A stretch of DNA of 64,000 bases from Basidiobolus meristosporus CBS 931.73 (taxonomy: Eukaryota > Fungi > Basidiobolomycota), in contig MCFE01000223.1 of NCBI GenBank assembly GCA_002104905.1, forward strand, positions 1-64,000. The letters are read 5' to 3'. Shown here piece by piece: positions 1 to 15,885 of this stretch (the first letter of the stretch is position 1; each line of letters starts with the position of its first letter). The position numbers were made by a program, and so were the translations under genes. The notes under the pieces are model-generated. The model ran no database searches, was not told the origin of the DNA, and saw nothing but the letters and a program-made list of their open reading frames with translations.

Positions 1-3440
<3,440 letters not shown>

Positions 3441-4118
3441 TTAATATATTCTACAGGTGGAGGATATTTTTTCTTTATCAGGTTGACCACGAATTTGTTA
3501 TCTTGGGCATGTTGGATCATACAGATATGGAATTAGATGTGGTATGAGTCATAAATATGTGGCTTACGTACATATATATGTACATCTATTACTTTAGAGG
3601 TTAGTATATACTTGGAACCAGCCAAGGTCTTCATGCGATCTACTCTGAATGGAACCATTCAGGAAACCAGAAGAAGAAACGTAATCACCAGGGTAATCAC
3701 AGCAATGACCATACAAACACCACAAATTCGGTAGTTCGCTCGGTGTATGAATACTCAAACGTCGACTTCATGCGAGCTTCAGATTGGTGATGACCATATA
3801 TGCAGGCAGTATCACTATATTAGGTGAAAGATGTAAATTCAGCATTTCCTTTTTGCTTTAGAGTCATGGTGAATCGTTTTGAATTTCTTCGTTGTGTAAT
3901 AATTCGACCAATGGAATTCACCACCTTGACAAGCTCCCCTGAATTGCCTATATCGAGTATTGGCGTTGAGTTTCTGTTGTTTACAATTGCTGTCGTAGTG
4001 GGCCTGTACTTGCACATCTCATGCATTGAACTCTATAGGCTAGATAGGTTCGGTACAAGTGGGTTTATTTCGTGCCCTTTTTTTTGGCAATATAAAAATC
4101 TTGATTAAGATCCTACAC

Positions 4119-6440
4119 TTATAATTCATAGGTGGATGTGGTAGCATTGATACCGTTGTATACGAGTGTATTGTTCAGTGGAATGTACTGCTTGGTCACC
4201 AGCTTAATTACTTCTTGTGAAACAATTCCACCTAACAATGCTGCGATACTTGGCAGTTCAGCAAGGCCTGTTCGACACCTGTAATTGAATGTCAGTAAGT
4301 CGATTTAAGCTGGTATAATGCAAACCAAGAGCATACACTTCATGGATGTGATCTTCCGATATGCTTTCTTTGGATAGCCCCCATTCATTTAACAGGTTGA
4401 CTGTGGCTTCTTTGAGCAATTTAATGTCTTCCTTTACGGACTCGTCCTCTTGGCCTTCAGTGATGCCAGGTAAATTGATGGGTGTTGAAGCAATCCATCT
4501 GAGGTACGATACCTGGATACCGCTTGTAGGCCTCGTAAAATCGATCCACCGCACGAACAATAACATAATAGGGTAGATTTCCCGTTTCATCCTCTAGCCA
4601 TTGGCCTGAACTAAAGATTAGTAATTTATGCAAACAGTACTCGGAAGCATAGGCAATTTACGTATTTGCTTGATTTTTGGAGAGTTTCGGTATTCCTCGG
4701 CGATAGAGCGATACTTCAAAACTGTCAAAAATCCCGTGTTCTTGCAGAACACTTCAATTTGCTCCTCTGTAATTGAATTAGCTGGTCGGTTGACCCTGGT
4801 TAGTAGTTTGTTCAGATGGTTCTTGAAAGCCAACAAATCCTCTTTAGCTTTCTGTCGGTATCTACTCGGTCACCGATAAGTCACCTTGATTCCAATGAGA
4901 TGGTTTGGTATTGGCTTACATGTTTTGTAGGGCAATATAGCGCTCAGTATCGGATTTCATATCAGGCAATGACCCGGATACGGGAAGCAACCCATTCCCT
5001 TCGTGATTTACAAATTCCTCTAGCGCACGTAGCATCAGCCAAAAATCCGGGGTCTGTGGGGCATAGCAGCATCGGTTAGCAGGCACATTTTGTTGGCAAT
5101 GATTAAGTATCATATCACTTGATTTGTAATCTCAATGCTGGCAGATGAGGCGAACAGACTTCTAATTCCAGAGGGTACCTAATGGTTGAGCTCTATTTAA
5201 TGGTTCAATTTCTACGGAACGGACTAATAAAATGAACTACCTCTGTTTGGTTGCATACTCTAAATACCATGTTCGTAGCCTCTTCGAAGTTCTCCTCATC
5301 AACAGATCGAGACATCTGCTGTATCTGTTTCCTAAACTCAGTTTTCTCGGCATAAACATTCGGTAGCTGGCCATTGTGCTGTTGTGGAGATTGAAAGATG
5401 GTTCAGTACTGCTTTGTTCCTGGCTGAGTGTGAGCACTAATTGATCAGTACCTGGCTCTTCCATTTCTGCATTGCCTGAAGTAGGATGACAACGTACGGT
5501 ACATTTCCGTGATCCATGTTACTCAAATTTTCAAGTTCGAAGGATTTTGCATACTTCTCCAATTCTGGAAAAGGGCAATCGATACGTAAATCGATCGTAT
5601 TCTCAGAGTGGGTTTCAATAACTAGAGTGTAGGCTGAGTTGGCTATAGAAGACATGCACAAGTATAAAGGCGTATTGACCTGTTTGCTCTGGTACTGCAA
5701 TCCGTAAGTAGCCCATGTATCCAAAGCTTCTTACTGCCATCAGGGCAATATTTTCCATCCAGCAATATTCAGATAACTTAATCAAGTAGCTTTCTGGTAC
5801 TTCCGAGGCGATTACTATTGAAAACTGCTTGAAGAATTCTGGCCGTTCTTCAATCAGCGCATAAATATCCTAGTAAGATAGATAGCGTTATTTTTTTTTT
5901 GATCTACAACCGTCAAGCAGAGACTATATGACGCTTATATTTTTACTAGGCCATGAACACGCAGTAACACTAGGCTAGGTTAGCATAGGGTATTTGATTT
6001 TAGTACCTCTTGCATATGGAACCCTTTCACATCTTCGTTGAGTTCCTTTAGGAAGTGTGTGACCGATTGGGCACGAGAACGACCAACACTGGACATTTCT
6101 AGGTAGAAATTATTTCCTACGTCTTGACTGTCCACTGTTTTGTTGTCCAAAATTGTAAAAGAGCCAATTCCTGACAGGTAGGTTGTAAAATTATCAATTA
6201 ATGGAAAACCGAGCCTCATAGCCCAACCTTGTCTAACCTGGAAGTATCAGATTCTTTAAAATCTCCGCACCAGTTGCTGTTCCATTGATTAAACATACAC
6301 TGGCATTTTCAAGTGCAGCCTGGCCGTTGGCGTGCCATAATCTTATGGAGTGTTAGGCCAAAGTGACAAGGTAACGGACGTATACAAAGGTCAGTCACGC
6401 ACCTTAACTGTCTATCGTATTTTTGACTTTTGCTATCCAT
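4119..6440 (-). CDS. ULA1: NEDD8-activating enzyme E1 regulatory subunit (NAE1/APPBP1/Ula1), multi-exon
   Basis: Spliced N-terminus [56 protein letters not shown]; internal [11 protein letters not shown] and [12 protein letters not shown]; C-terminus [37 protein letters not shown]. Some internal exon limits are approximate. Confidence 0.9.
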
Positions 6441-6824
6441 TTAGCTCGTAGTTGTGACAAGTTTTATTCAAGAGAAGCGTTAAATTTGTGCTAAGATAAC
6501 ATATATAATCAAGATATGTCCTCTGGCTATTCCAACATTGGCTGCATATATTATGTGGAATGAGTCACCATTACTCATAGTCGGTAATATTGGAATTTCC
6601 GAATGTCTGGTTAGGTAGCTACGTATGTCTGGGAAAAACTACGGGTTTTAGGGGATCAATTTCAAGGTACAGATATGGGAAAGTATTTAACATGCTGGGA
6701 TGAATAACAATGACCAACATTCTGATTCGATCACAGCATCTATCGAAAAAAAAAGTGTTACAATAAATTGTAATAAAGGCTAATACAGCTACGTTCCGCC
6801 TTTACTTCGCTCCCACCTTGTAAA

Positions 6825-9800
6825 ATGTCTGGCGAGGGTAATGTCACTACTGTTCATCTCAACACGTTTGAAGTTACGTGAACTAAGGGAAATATTCATA
6901 TTACTCAAAAATAGGATCTGCTCAATTTAACTTCCCCAAAGAGGAAGAAAAAATCCTTGCTTTTTGGAAGGAAATCGATGCTTTCCGCACTTCTGTAAAG
7001 CTCTCCGAAGGTAGAAAACCCTATACATTTTATGATGGTCCACCATTCGCTACTGGTCTTCCTCATTATGGGCACATCCTTGCCGGTACCATCAAGGTAA
7101 CAGAAAAATAATGAAGTAGTTCCCTAAAACCGTGTAGTAATGCTTTGCATATAGGATATTGTGACTCGTTATGCTCACCAAACCGGTCATTATGTTGAAC
7201 GTCGCTTCGGTTGGGATTGTCACGGTTTACCTGTTGAATACGAGATTGACAAAAAGCTTGGAATCAAGGTGAGCCACCTTTCTCAGATATCCTCCGAGGA
7301 TATATACTAACATTTTTTTAGGGTAAAGATGATGTTATGGCTATGGGAATTGACAAGTACAACGAAGAATGTCGTAGTATTGTTATGCGTTACGCTTCGG
7401 AATGGCGTGAGACCATCGAAAGAACTGGTCGTTGGATTGACTTTGATAACGACTACAAAACCTTGAACCTTTCCTTCATGGAGAGTGTTTGGTGGGTGTT
7501 CAAGCAGCTCTTCGAGAAGGATCAAGTCTATCGTGGTGTTCGTGTTATGCCCTACTCTACTGGATGCAACACCCCTCTTTCCAACTTCGAGGCTTCACAA
7601 AATTACAAGGATGTCAATGATCCTGCCGTTGTTGTTTCTTTCCCCTTGGTCAGCGATGCTGAGGTAAATTTGATTGCTTGGACCACCACTCCTTGGACTC
7701 TTCCCTCCAATCTTGCTCTCTGCGTGCACCCAGACTTCGATTACATCAAGATCAAGGATGGTGAGACTGGTCAAATCTATATTCTATTGGAGAAGCGTCT
7801 TGAGATTCTTTACAAGAACCCTAAGAAGGCCAAGTATGAAGTTCTCGAGAAGTACAAGGGTAAAGACTTGGTCGGCCTTGAATACACACCATTATTCAAC
7901 TACTATGCCGAGGAATTCAAGGGCAAGGGTTTCAAGGTTGTCTCTGATACCTATGTTACCGACGACAGTGGTACCGGTATCGTTCACCAAGCCCCTGCCT
8001 TCGGTGAGGACGATTTCCGCGTATGCCTTGCTCACGGTGTTATCACTGAAGATGGTAACGTCCCTTGCCCCGTTAACGAGATGGGTAACTACACCGCCGA
8101 AGTAACTGATTTCGCTGGTCAGTACGTCAAGGAAGCTGATAAAGCTATTCAAAAGCATATCAAGAATGCCAATAGATTGATCCGCCAATCTCAGCTTATG
8201 CACAGCTATCCCTTCTGCTGGAGATCCGACACCCCATTGATCTACAAGGCCGTACCCTCATGGTTCGTTCGTGTCAAGCCAGTCATCGAGAAACTCTTGA
8301 ACAATAACAAGAAGACCCGTTGGGTTCCCGACTTTGTCCAAGAGAAGCGTTTCGCCAATTGGATTGCCAACGCTAGAGATTGGAACATCTCTAGAAACCG
8401 TTACTGGGGTACACCCATTCCTTTGTGGGTCAGTGAAGACTTCGAGGAGATTGTATGTGTTGGCTCAGTTGCCGAACTTGAGGAACTCTCCGGCATATCT
8501 AACATTACTGATATCCACCGTGAAAAAATCGATAGCATTACCATCCCCTCTAAGACTGGCCGTGGTGTTCTGAGAAGAATCGAAGAAGTCTTCGACTGCT
8601 GGTTCGAAAGTGGTAGTATGCCCTATGCCCAACAGCATTATCCTTTCGAGAACAAGAACAAGTTCGAAGCCAACTTCCCCGCTGACTTCATTGCTGAAGG
8701 TCTTGATCAAACCCGTGGCTGGTTCTATACATTGATGGTCCTTTCCACTCATCTTTTCGACGAGCCTGCTTTCAAGAACTTGATCGTCAACGGTCTTGTT
8801 TTGGCTTCAGATGGAAAGAAAATGAGCAAGCGTCTTAAGAATTACCCTGAGCCCGGCAAGGTTATCAACAGCTTCGGTGCTGATGCTCTCAGACTCTACT
8901 TGATCAACTCCCCAGTTGTTCGTGCTGAAACCCTCAAGTTCAAGGAAGAGGGAGTCAAGGATGTTATCACTCGTGTATTCCTTCCTTGGTACAATGCCTA
9001 CAGATTCTTTGTTAACCAAGTGGTTTTGATCAAGAATGACTTCGGAATTGACTTCAAGTACAACCCAACCCAACAAAAGTCCTCCAATGTCATGGACAGA
9101 TGGATTTTGGCCTCCTGCCAATCTTTGATTCGTTTTGTCCGTGAAGAGATGGCTGCCTACAGATTGTACACTGTGGTTCCTCGTCTGTTGAGACTTATTG
9201 AGGAGTTGACCAATTGGTATGTCAGATTCAACAGAAAGAGACTCAAGGGTGAGAATGGTCAAGAGGATGCTGTCATGGCTTTAAACACTCTCTTTGAAGT
9301 TCTTTTCACTCTCTGCCGTGTCTTGTCTCCTTTCACTCCTTTCTTGACTGAGAACATGTACCAAACCCTAAAGACATACTTGCCTCCATCCAACAACCAA
9401 GAAGATGAGCGCTCCATTCACTTCTTGCTCTTCCCTGAGGTACGTGAAGAATACTTCGATCCCGAAATTGAGCGTGCTGTTTCTAGAATGCAATCGGTCA
9501 TTGAGCTTGGCAGAATCATTCGTGAAAAGAAGAACATCAGCTTGAAGACTCCCCTCAAGGAGCTTATTGTCATTCATCATGATCCCCAATACCATGAAGA
9601 TGTCAAGGCTCTTGAGCAATACATCACTGAGGAGCTTAATATCCGTACTCTGACTGTTACTGCTGACGAACAGCAATATGGAGTCAAGTACAGAGCTGAG
9701 GCTGACCTCAAGGTTCTTGGCCAAAAGTTGAAGAAGGATGCCATGAAGGTTAAGAAGGCGCTACCTAACCTTACCTCTGACGAGGTCAAGAAATTCGTCC

Positions 9801-10234
9801 AGGAGTTGACCATCATGGTTGAGGGTATTACTCTTACTGATGAGGATCTCACTGTTATTCGTTACTTTGATGTTCAAGATAGCCATTACGAAACCAACAC
9901 CGATAAGGATGTGCTCGTTTTGTTGGATGTCCAGTTGTACCCCGAGTTGCAACAAGAAGGTCTTGCTCGTGAAGTTATTAACCGTGTTCAAAGACTTCGT
10001 AAGAAGGTCAACTTGCAGCCCATTGACCCAGTTCATATGTACTATGAATTCAAGAAGGACCCTGAAGATCAACTCTCCAAGGTGATGAAGGAGCAGGTTG
10101 AGGTGTTGGTGAAGGTTTTGAGAAGACCTCTCTTCCCAGCTACCGAGAAGGCCGCCGATGCCGAGATTATTGTCGTCGAGGAGCAAGAAGTCAACGGATC
10201 TGTATTCGACCTTTGTCTTGTGAAGGACTGGTAA
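6825..10234 (+). CDS. ILS1: Cytosolic isoleucyl-tRNA synthetase (three 5' introns, then a long terminal exon)
   Basis: [15 protein letters not shown] (HIGH motif), [50 protein letters not shown]. Confidence 0.97.
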
Positions 10235-10614
10235 TCGCCATTACCCACGAATTCGTAACGTACTTTCACTCCGAGTAGTAATTTCCATTTATCCCCTCAT
10301 CCGCGCGTTATCTGCACCTTAATGTTTATTAGAGCTAAACCCTTTTGACAAGAAGCCTACTTTTTAGTGCTTCCATTCTTACTGTAAACGAAGTTTGTTC
10401 TTCATGAATAAATGTAGTTAATGCAAACAGACATTCTTTTCAACCACACCACACGCGTGACTGTTTGAAACGGGATCGAGATTCGTTCGTTTCATGGATG
10501 TTTTTTAAATCGGAAATAATTGCTGATTCTCTCACACTCGTTGGTGACTGTGTATATAATAGCGAGATGCTTAGATCTAACCTTTGGCTACCTGAATGAC
10601 CAGTATCACATAGG

Positions 10615-11616
10615 ATGACCAGCATAACCCAGCTAATTCTCTTCTTGTTCCTTACGATATTGACTGAGGGTGTCCGGCGCTTCCCGCAAACCTTAATATT
10701 CGGAGGAAGCGAGGTAAAGCCCAAGCACAGCTATCCGTGGATGGGCTACATATACATGAAGGATGGCGACAAGGAGTATGGCTTATGTGGCGGTAGTTTG
10801 TTGGATCCGGAGACGGTATTAACAGCTGCACATTGCATCATGAAGCGTGCTGAACCATCCGGCTTCAAGGTCCATTTCCATCGCCATAACCTAACGAAGG
10901 AAAGCTTCGAAGAGGATGGGGAGGTGGTCAACGTTCAAAGTGTCACAGTACATCCCAGCTGGAGTAAACGACTGTTGATTAACGATTGTAAGTGAACAGT
11001 CACGTGGGGGGGTATAGAGATGAGTATATTGAATTAACCTTGGATTCTGTAGTTGCCATCTTAAAATTGGCGAATCCCTTGAAATCAAGCTCGTTTCTGG
11101 CTCTGGACACTGGCGGAGCAGTCCAGTCTGGTAAAAAGGTTAGGGCCATAGGTTGGGGGCTTGGTTACAATTTTTCCCCGCAGAGCACGTTGCAGATGGT
11201 TGATATGGAGATCTTGCCCGATAGCGTATGCTTGAAGGACTTCGGCAGTAGTCTACCTACCTTCAATCCGAAATACACCATATGCACTGGCACTTCGCAA
11301 GGTGGTAAAAGTGAGTACCCCCACCTTCACCAATATCGAATTCAGCCCAAATAACCCATATTCTCGCTTTTAGATGTATGCTTTGGGGATAGTGGCGGCC
11401 CTTTGATTGTCAACAGGAATGGAACCTGGGTGCTTGTCGGAGTCACCAGCTATGGTGCTAATTGCCGCCCAAAAATCCCTGGCGTAAGTGAATTCCCAAT
11501 CTTTGTACTACATAGTCGGTGCTGAATTGGGATTCTAGGTGTTCGCGAAGGTTGCTTCCCAAATAGACTGGATACAGTCTAACATGAAACCCAAGCCTGC
11601 TCCCTCCAGTCGGTAA
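10615..11616 (+). CDS. Secreted trypsin-like S1 serine protease, 4 exons
   Basis: Signal peptide, mature N-terminus IFGG, CGGSLL, TAAHC (His), IND (Asp), [13 protein letters not shown] (Ser; Asp at the S1-pocket position), GVTSYG. GT-AG introns restore the frame. Confidence 0.92.
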
Positions 11617-11841
11617 GCAAAGTGTAAACCGGCTATTCCAAAATCCTGTACATATGACAGCTATTGTAAATAAACCTGCTTCTGGTAGTGTCCATTTCAA
11701 GCACTGGTCAGTGGAAGTGATTATTTGTCGTGATTAGTCTAGCCTCGATGAGACATGTTTATGTACTAGTTAAAGTGAAGACATATTTCAAACATGAGTA
11801 ATAATTATGGAATAAAGAGGGTGGGAATTCAATAAGGGTGC

Positions 11842-14127
11842 TCATTTTCTTGCTTTGATCTTCATCTTAACACCTCTGAGCAGCCCTTCAACCTCATCCA
11901 ACTTCTCTTCTAGCTGGTTCTTTCTTCGTCTAACGATAGCATTTCCGGAGGAAGGTATGCGCGCCAATTCGAAATTGATCTGATCTCGGGCATCGGTTAG
12001 AGATTTCAAACGCTCGTCTAAATCCAAGTCGCTTTCATCCTCAGCGTATAAGCATGAGAGATCCAAGAGGCTGTTGTTCTTACTAGGTGTGCTCAAAGTG
12101 TGTCGTCGAGAATCTTGCTGGTATATGGCGGCTGGGCCGTCGGCATGCATCGAGCTACGATCTCCCCAATTACTAGAACGATCGTCAACAAAGCTTCGCT
12201 CCGACTCAGGGTAATAGGTGGCTGACTCAGAGTAAGTGCCGTAATGTGCGTGGTTGTATTTGTTGGAGGTTGGAGTAATGGCTGGTGGTGAAGAAGAACG
12301 TACAGTACTGGAACAGTAAGAGTCGTTGTTGTTGTAAAAAGATAGGGTTCGTGACCTGTTTCCGTTGTAGCTTTGTTGGTCAAAATTATTGGAACCTCCT
12401 GTATGTGACGGAGGGCCCACTTCGTTTCTATTGCTCGTCAAGAATTGAATTCGTTCCTGTAATCTTTCATTCTCTAACTCCAGATCTCTCAATCTTCGTT
12501 GCAAATAACTCAGCTCACTCTGCTCTTCCGTTTGATACTTCATCAGTTGCGCTCTTAAATGTGTGCTCTCGGTCTCGGAGCACTCGTATCGCTTCGTCAT
12601 AGTTGCTAGCTTACTCTGTAGCAAACTGTTATCCTCAAGCGTACGTTCCTCTTTAAGCTTCGAGTCAGTAAGACTTTTACGGATAGTAGCCCGTTCTTGA
12701 TCCAGTTGTTCGTTTTCGTCTTGGAGTGCGGAGATTTTCTTTGAAAACTCTTTTTTCTTCGCCTGAAGGGACTCTATCAACTGATCCTTCTCTAAACCCT
12801 CTTCTTGTGCTTTCTTCAAGTCTCTCTTCAATGAATCCGCAGTTGCTTCAAGATCCAATTGCGAACTCTCGTAGTGTTGACGGAAGCTTTCGCTATCCTC
12901 TAGGGCCTTCTGGCTAACTGTTTCCAAAGCTTGAAGTATCTCTTGCTCATGGGTTTTCGCATCAAGTAGTTGGCTTTTATACACTTCAACCTCGCCTTTA
13001 TACTTGGATAGCTCTTCCTTCAATAACTGTATGCTTACACTACTTGCTCCGGTGGGTAAACCTGAAGCTCTCTTGGGTGTGCTCGACGTCCTTACAGTAA
13101 TTGGCGAGGTGCGCTCCTTGGAAATTGGTGTTGGCGTAGGTGGCTTACGAGTACTCGCCGCCGTCTTGGGTTGAGCAGACGTCAAGCTTACTGTACGGTT
13201 TCTGGCATTTGTGCTAGTAGCTGGAGGCCCCATTTTACTGTAAGTTGGCGTTTTCGGGGTAGCAGTAGCGGGATTAGAGCCAGTACTTCTAATCTCCGGT
13301 TTAGCCGATACGTCAATAGTTATCTGTGACTGTGTGCGTCGTTTACTGGTACGTGAAGTGGTGGGAGATGATTCTACAGGCTTTCTTGGTATAGCGGTGG
13401 AACGTGGTACGCTACTCACCGACTGAGTCGGCTTCTTAGCACTTGAAGCGGGTGTAGTAACTCTTGCACCTCTCTCGCGAGATGTTGAGGTTTGCTCCTC
13501 TAGTGTGCCAGAAAAACCACTGGTGTTGACCCCATCAACGCTAGAATCGGTTGAAAACGAATTTCGTTGAATCGGTAAACCTTTTTCCCCTCTACGGCTT
13601 GATACAGTAGACGCTTGTGAGGTTACGATAGATTCCTTTGTTTTAGTGGATTCTACCGGCTGGTCTAGTTTAGACTTGTTTACGGGGCTCTCAGTAGAGC
13701 GCTTTGATGGAACAGGTAATTTTGAAGGGGTGGTTTTCTTGGCTGGGGGCGCTTGTCGGTAATTCAAGCCACTTTAAACGTTGAGCAATTGTGAGTACAA
13801 CACCAAGTAAGAAAGGGTCAAGAAGATAGGGGATGTAGTGCTCTAAACACAAAGTATACTGACTTGTGTCTCGGCAATATAGGACCGTCATCCTCGCTCT
13901 CGCTGCTGTTTAAGTAGGAAAGAAATTTAAGAGAAGTGTGTGCTGTAAAGGTAAGCGTCAGGACACGCGTTTAAAAAGAAGCCCCAAGGCATCGTAGGTA
14001 ACCAAGGGAAAAGATAAGTACCAGGATCCTCATCAGAGTCTTGAGAAGCAAGTTTACGGTTTTCAACTGCCAAAAGCCAAGCAGGTCGTTTTTGCTCAGT
14101 TCTTGGTCTGGGGCTAAGGTTAGCCAT
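11842..14127 (-). CDS. Ser/Thr/Pro-rich low-complexity plus coiled-coil protein with a conserved-looking C-terminal helical motif; two short 5' exons inferred
   Basis: 641-aa ORF 11842-13767 with a heptad-rich centre; upstream exons MANLSPRPR...DEDP and SESEDDGPILPRH are bounded by GT/AG. The 5' structure is less certain. Confidence 0.75.
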
Positions 14128-14989
14128 TATGACAATATTTCAGTATCTTCTGTACAAATAATGAGATATGAAAGCAAAACTATCAAAGGCAAGACTGCTC
14201 GTGAGATGAAATGTATACAGTGCGGACAAGTCCAAGTTTAGAAATCAAAGCAAATATATTTAAAGTCAGAGCGAGATATTTGTAACAAATATTCACCAAA
14301 AACCCTTAAGAAATCGGTCGGCACTGTTATGAATAAAAATATTAACTGCAGAAAAAGTATAATAAAGCAACTCAAAAATAGCAGAACAAAGCATCACGGG
14401 TAACTGATTGTGGGCATGAAAGGGCTGACTTGAATGCAAGTTTAACATTACATAACGTGCCTAGCATTAGTGGGATTTAGTGCCTGGACATAGGAGATAT
14501 ATAGGCAGAGCTCATTTCAACGATGCCAACAACAATGGTGACATATTGAAGGGTTGGATTACATTGGTGTAACATTGCCAACCAGAAATGTTGGTGTTTC
14601 TTCCCCTTGTCACAACCGCCACTCATTAATATAGTGGCTACTTATTAACTTTTTGCCATGACCAGCTGGAAACATCTGGATTTCAGCCATCGATGATGAC
14701 AACAAATTATATGTATCAGGCGCTAGAATCTCCGTAAGTTTGGGTTTTACTTAATCAAATTACGTGTGTTTTCTCTCACTTTCCAACCGAGATCAGTCTC
14801 CCAATCAACACAGGCCACATCTGGTGATTATTTAGCAACCCTCGTGTAAATACTTTCCAGGGATACTAGAGTCAAGAGCCTTGCTCGTAGTTTTCGATCT
14901 AGTGTCAGCTATAGACTGGTATTTCACGTTCCGTTAGACTCGAAGTAGTTCTATATCCTTCTTTGTTGAATTCTCTTTAGCTCATCATA

Positions 14990-15405
14990 ATGGTAAAGTG
15001 CCTCGATTTCATCTCTGACCCATTATGTAGATATACTAAAGTTCTTTCCACGGTTTCTATACGCTCTTTATGACAGTCTGGTGGTCGCAATCTCAGGTAA
15101 GCTTTTGAACACGATGAAGGTTAAGTGAATGCACATGTATTAATGTTTCCCGCAACAATTAAATAGAAGCCGTTCCAATCCCTCAAAGGCTGGTGCCTCC
15201 CGTAACACCGCTGCGGCCAATGTTTCGCGTTTGTACTCCGAGGACGCGCCTGGGCTTCGAGTGTAGGTCATTTTTCATTTATTTGCCCATGGCACATGTC
15301 CTGACAGTTGTGTCTAGTGATCCTGTGGTCGTACTTGTTCTCTCTCTGGTCTTCATTGCCTCCGTTTTTGCCCTTCATATCTACGGCAAGCTTACCCGAG
15401 GTTAA
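14990..15405 (+). CDS. SBH1: Sec61 translocon beta subunit (about 70 aa, 4 exons)
   Basis: Spliced product M-SGGRNLR-SRSNPSKAGASRNTAAANVSRLYSEDAPGLRV-DPVVVLVLSLVFIASVFALHIYGKLTRG*; LY(S/T)xDAPGLxVDP followed by a TM anchor is typical of Sec61-beta. Confidence 0.9.
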
Positions 15406-15885
15406 ATGCTCCTGTACTGGCCGCCCGCGTTCCGCTTTCAATTCTATGAAACTCACCATTTAGAACTTGAGCGAATTTTACTGTTGAATATACATAAATA
15501 ATCATTCCATTCCGTTGGTTTTAATGGGATTTTCAGGAAATTTGGCTTATGTTGAGCAAATTGTTTAAAAAATGCTCCTGGTTTGCTCTAATCAGGCCTA
15601 CACTCAGCACCACCCACTTGAGTGAGGTCAAAAAAAGTGGGGTGTCGATCGAAAAAAAACTTCTTAAACCATCAATGCTACTGTTATCCATGATGTGTAT
15701 AGAATAACCAAAAAAGAGGGATGTCCCCAGAAAACTTTGGCTAGCGGGGGAGGAAGCTCACTCATTGGTACATCTCGAATCACCCCGAAGATTGGCATCC
15801 ATCATTGTAAGTTATGCTTGGAACATTCAAGCTATCACAGTTGGTTACTTCTAAGAAACACACCACTTAGAACAGGGAGTTTACC

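Noticed and set aside
7307-10269. Antisense and off-frame ORFs inside ILS1 (and likewise inside ARO1 and SEC6)
   Set aside because: Typical by-products of biased codon usage in long coding exons; no motifs.
14953-14960. ATATCCTT as a U12 (minor) intron donor; a similar hit occurs at about 43624
   Set aside because: It is not at an exon boundary of any traced gene, and I saw no matching branch site or AC acceptor.
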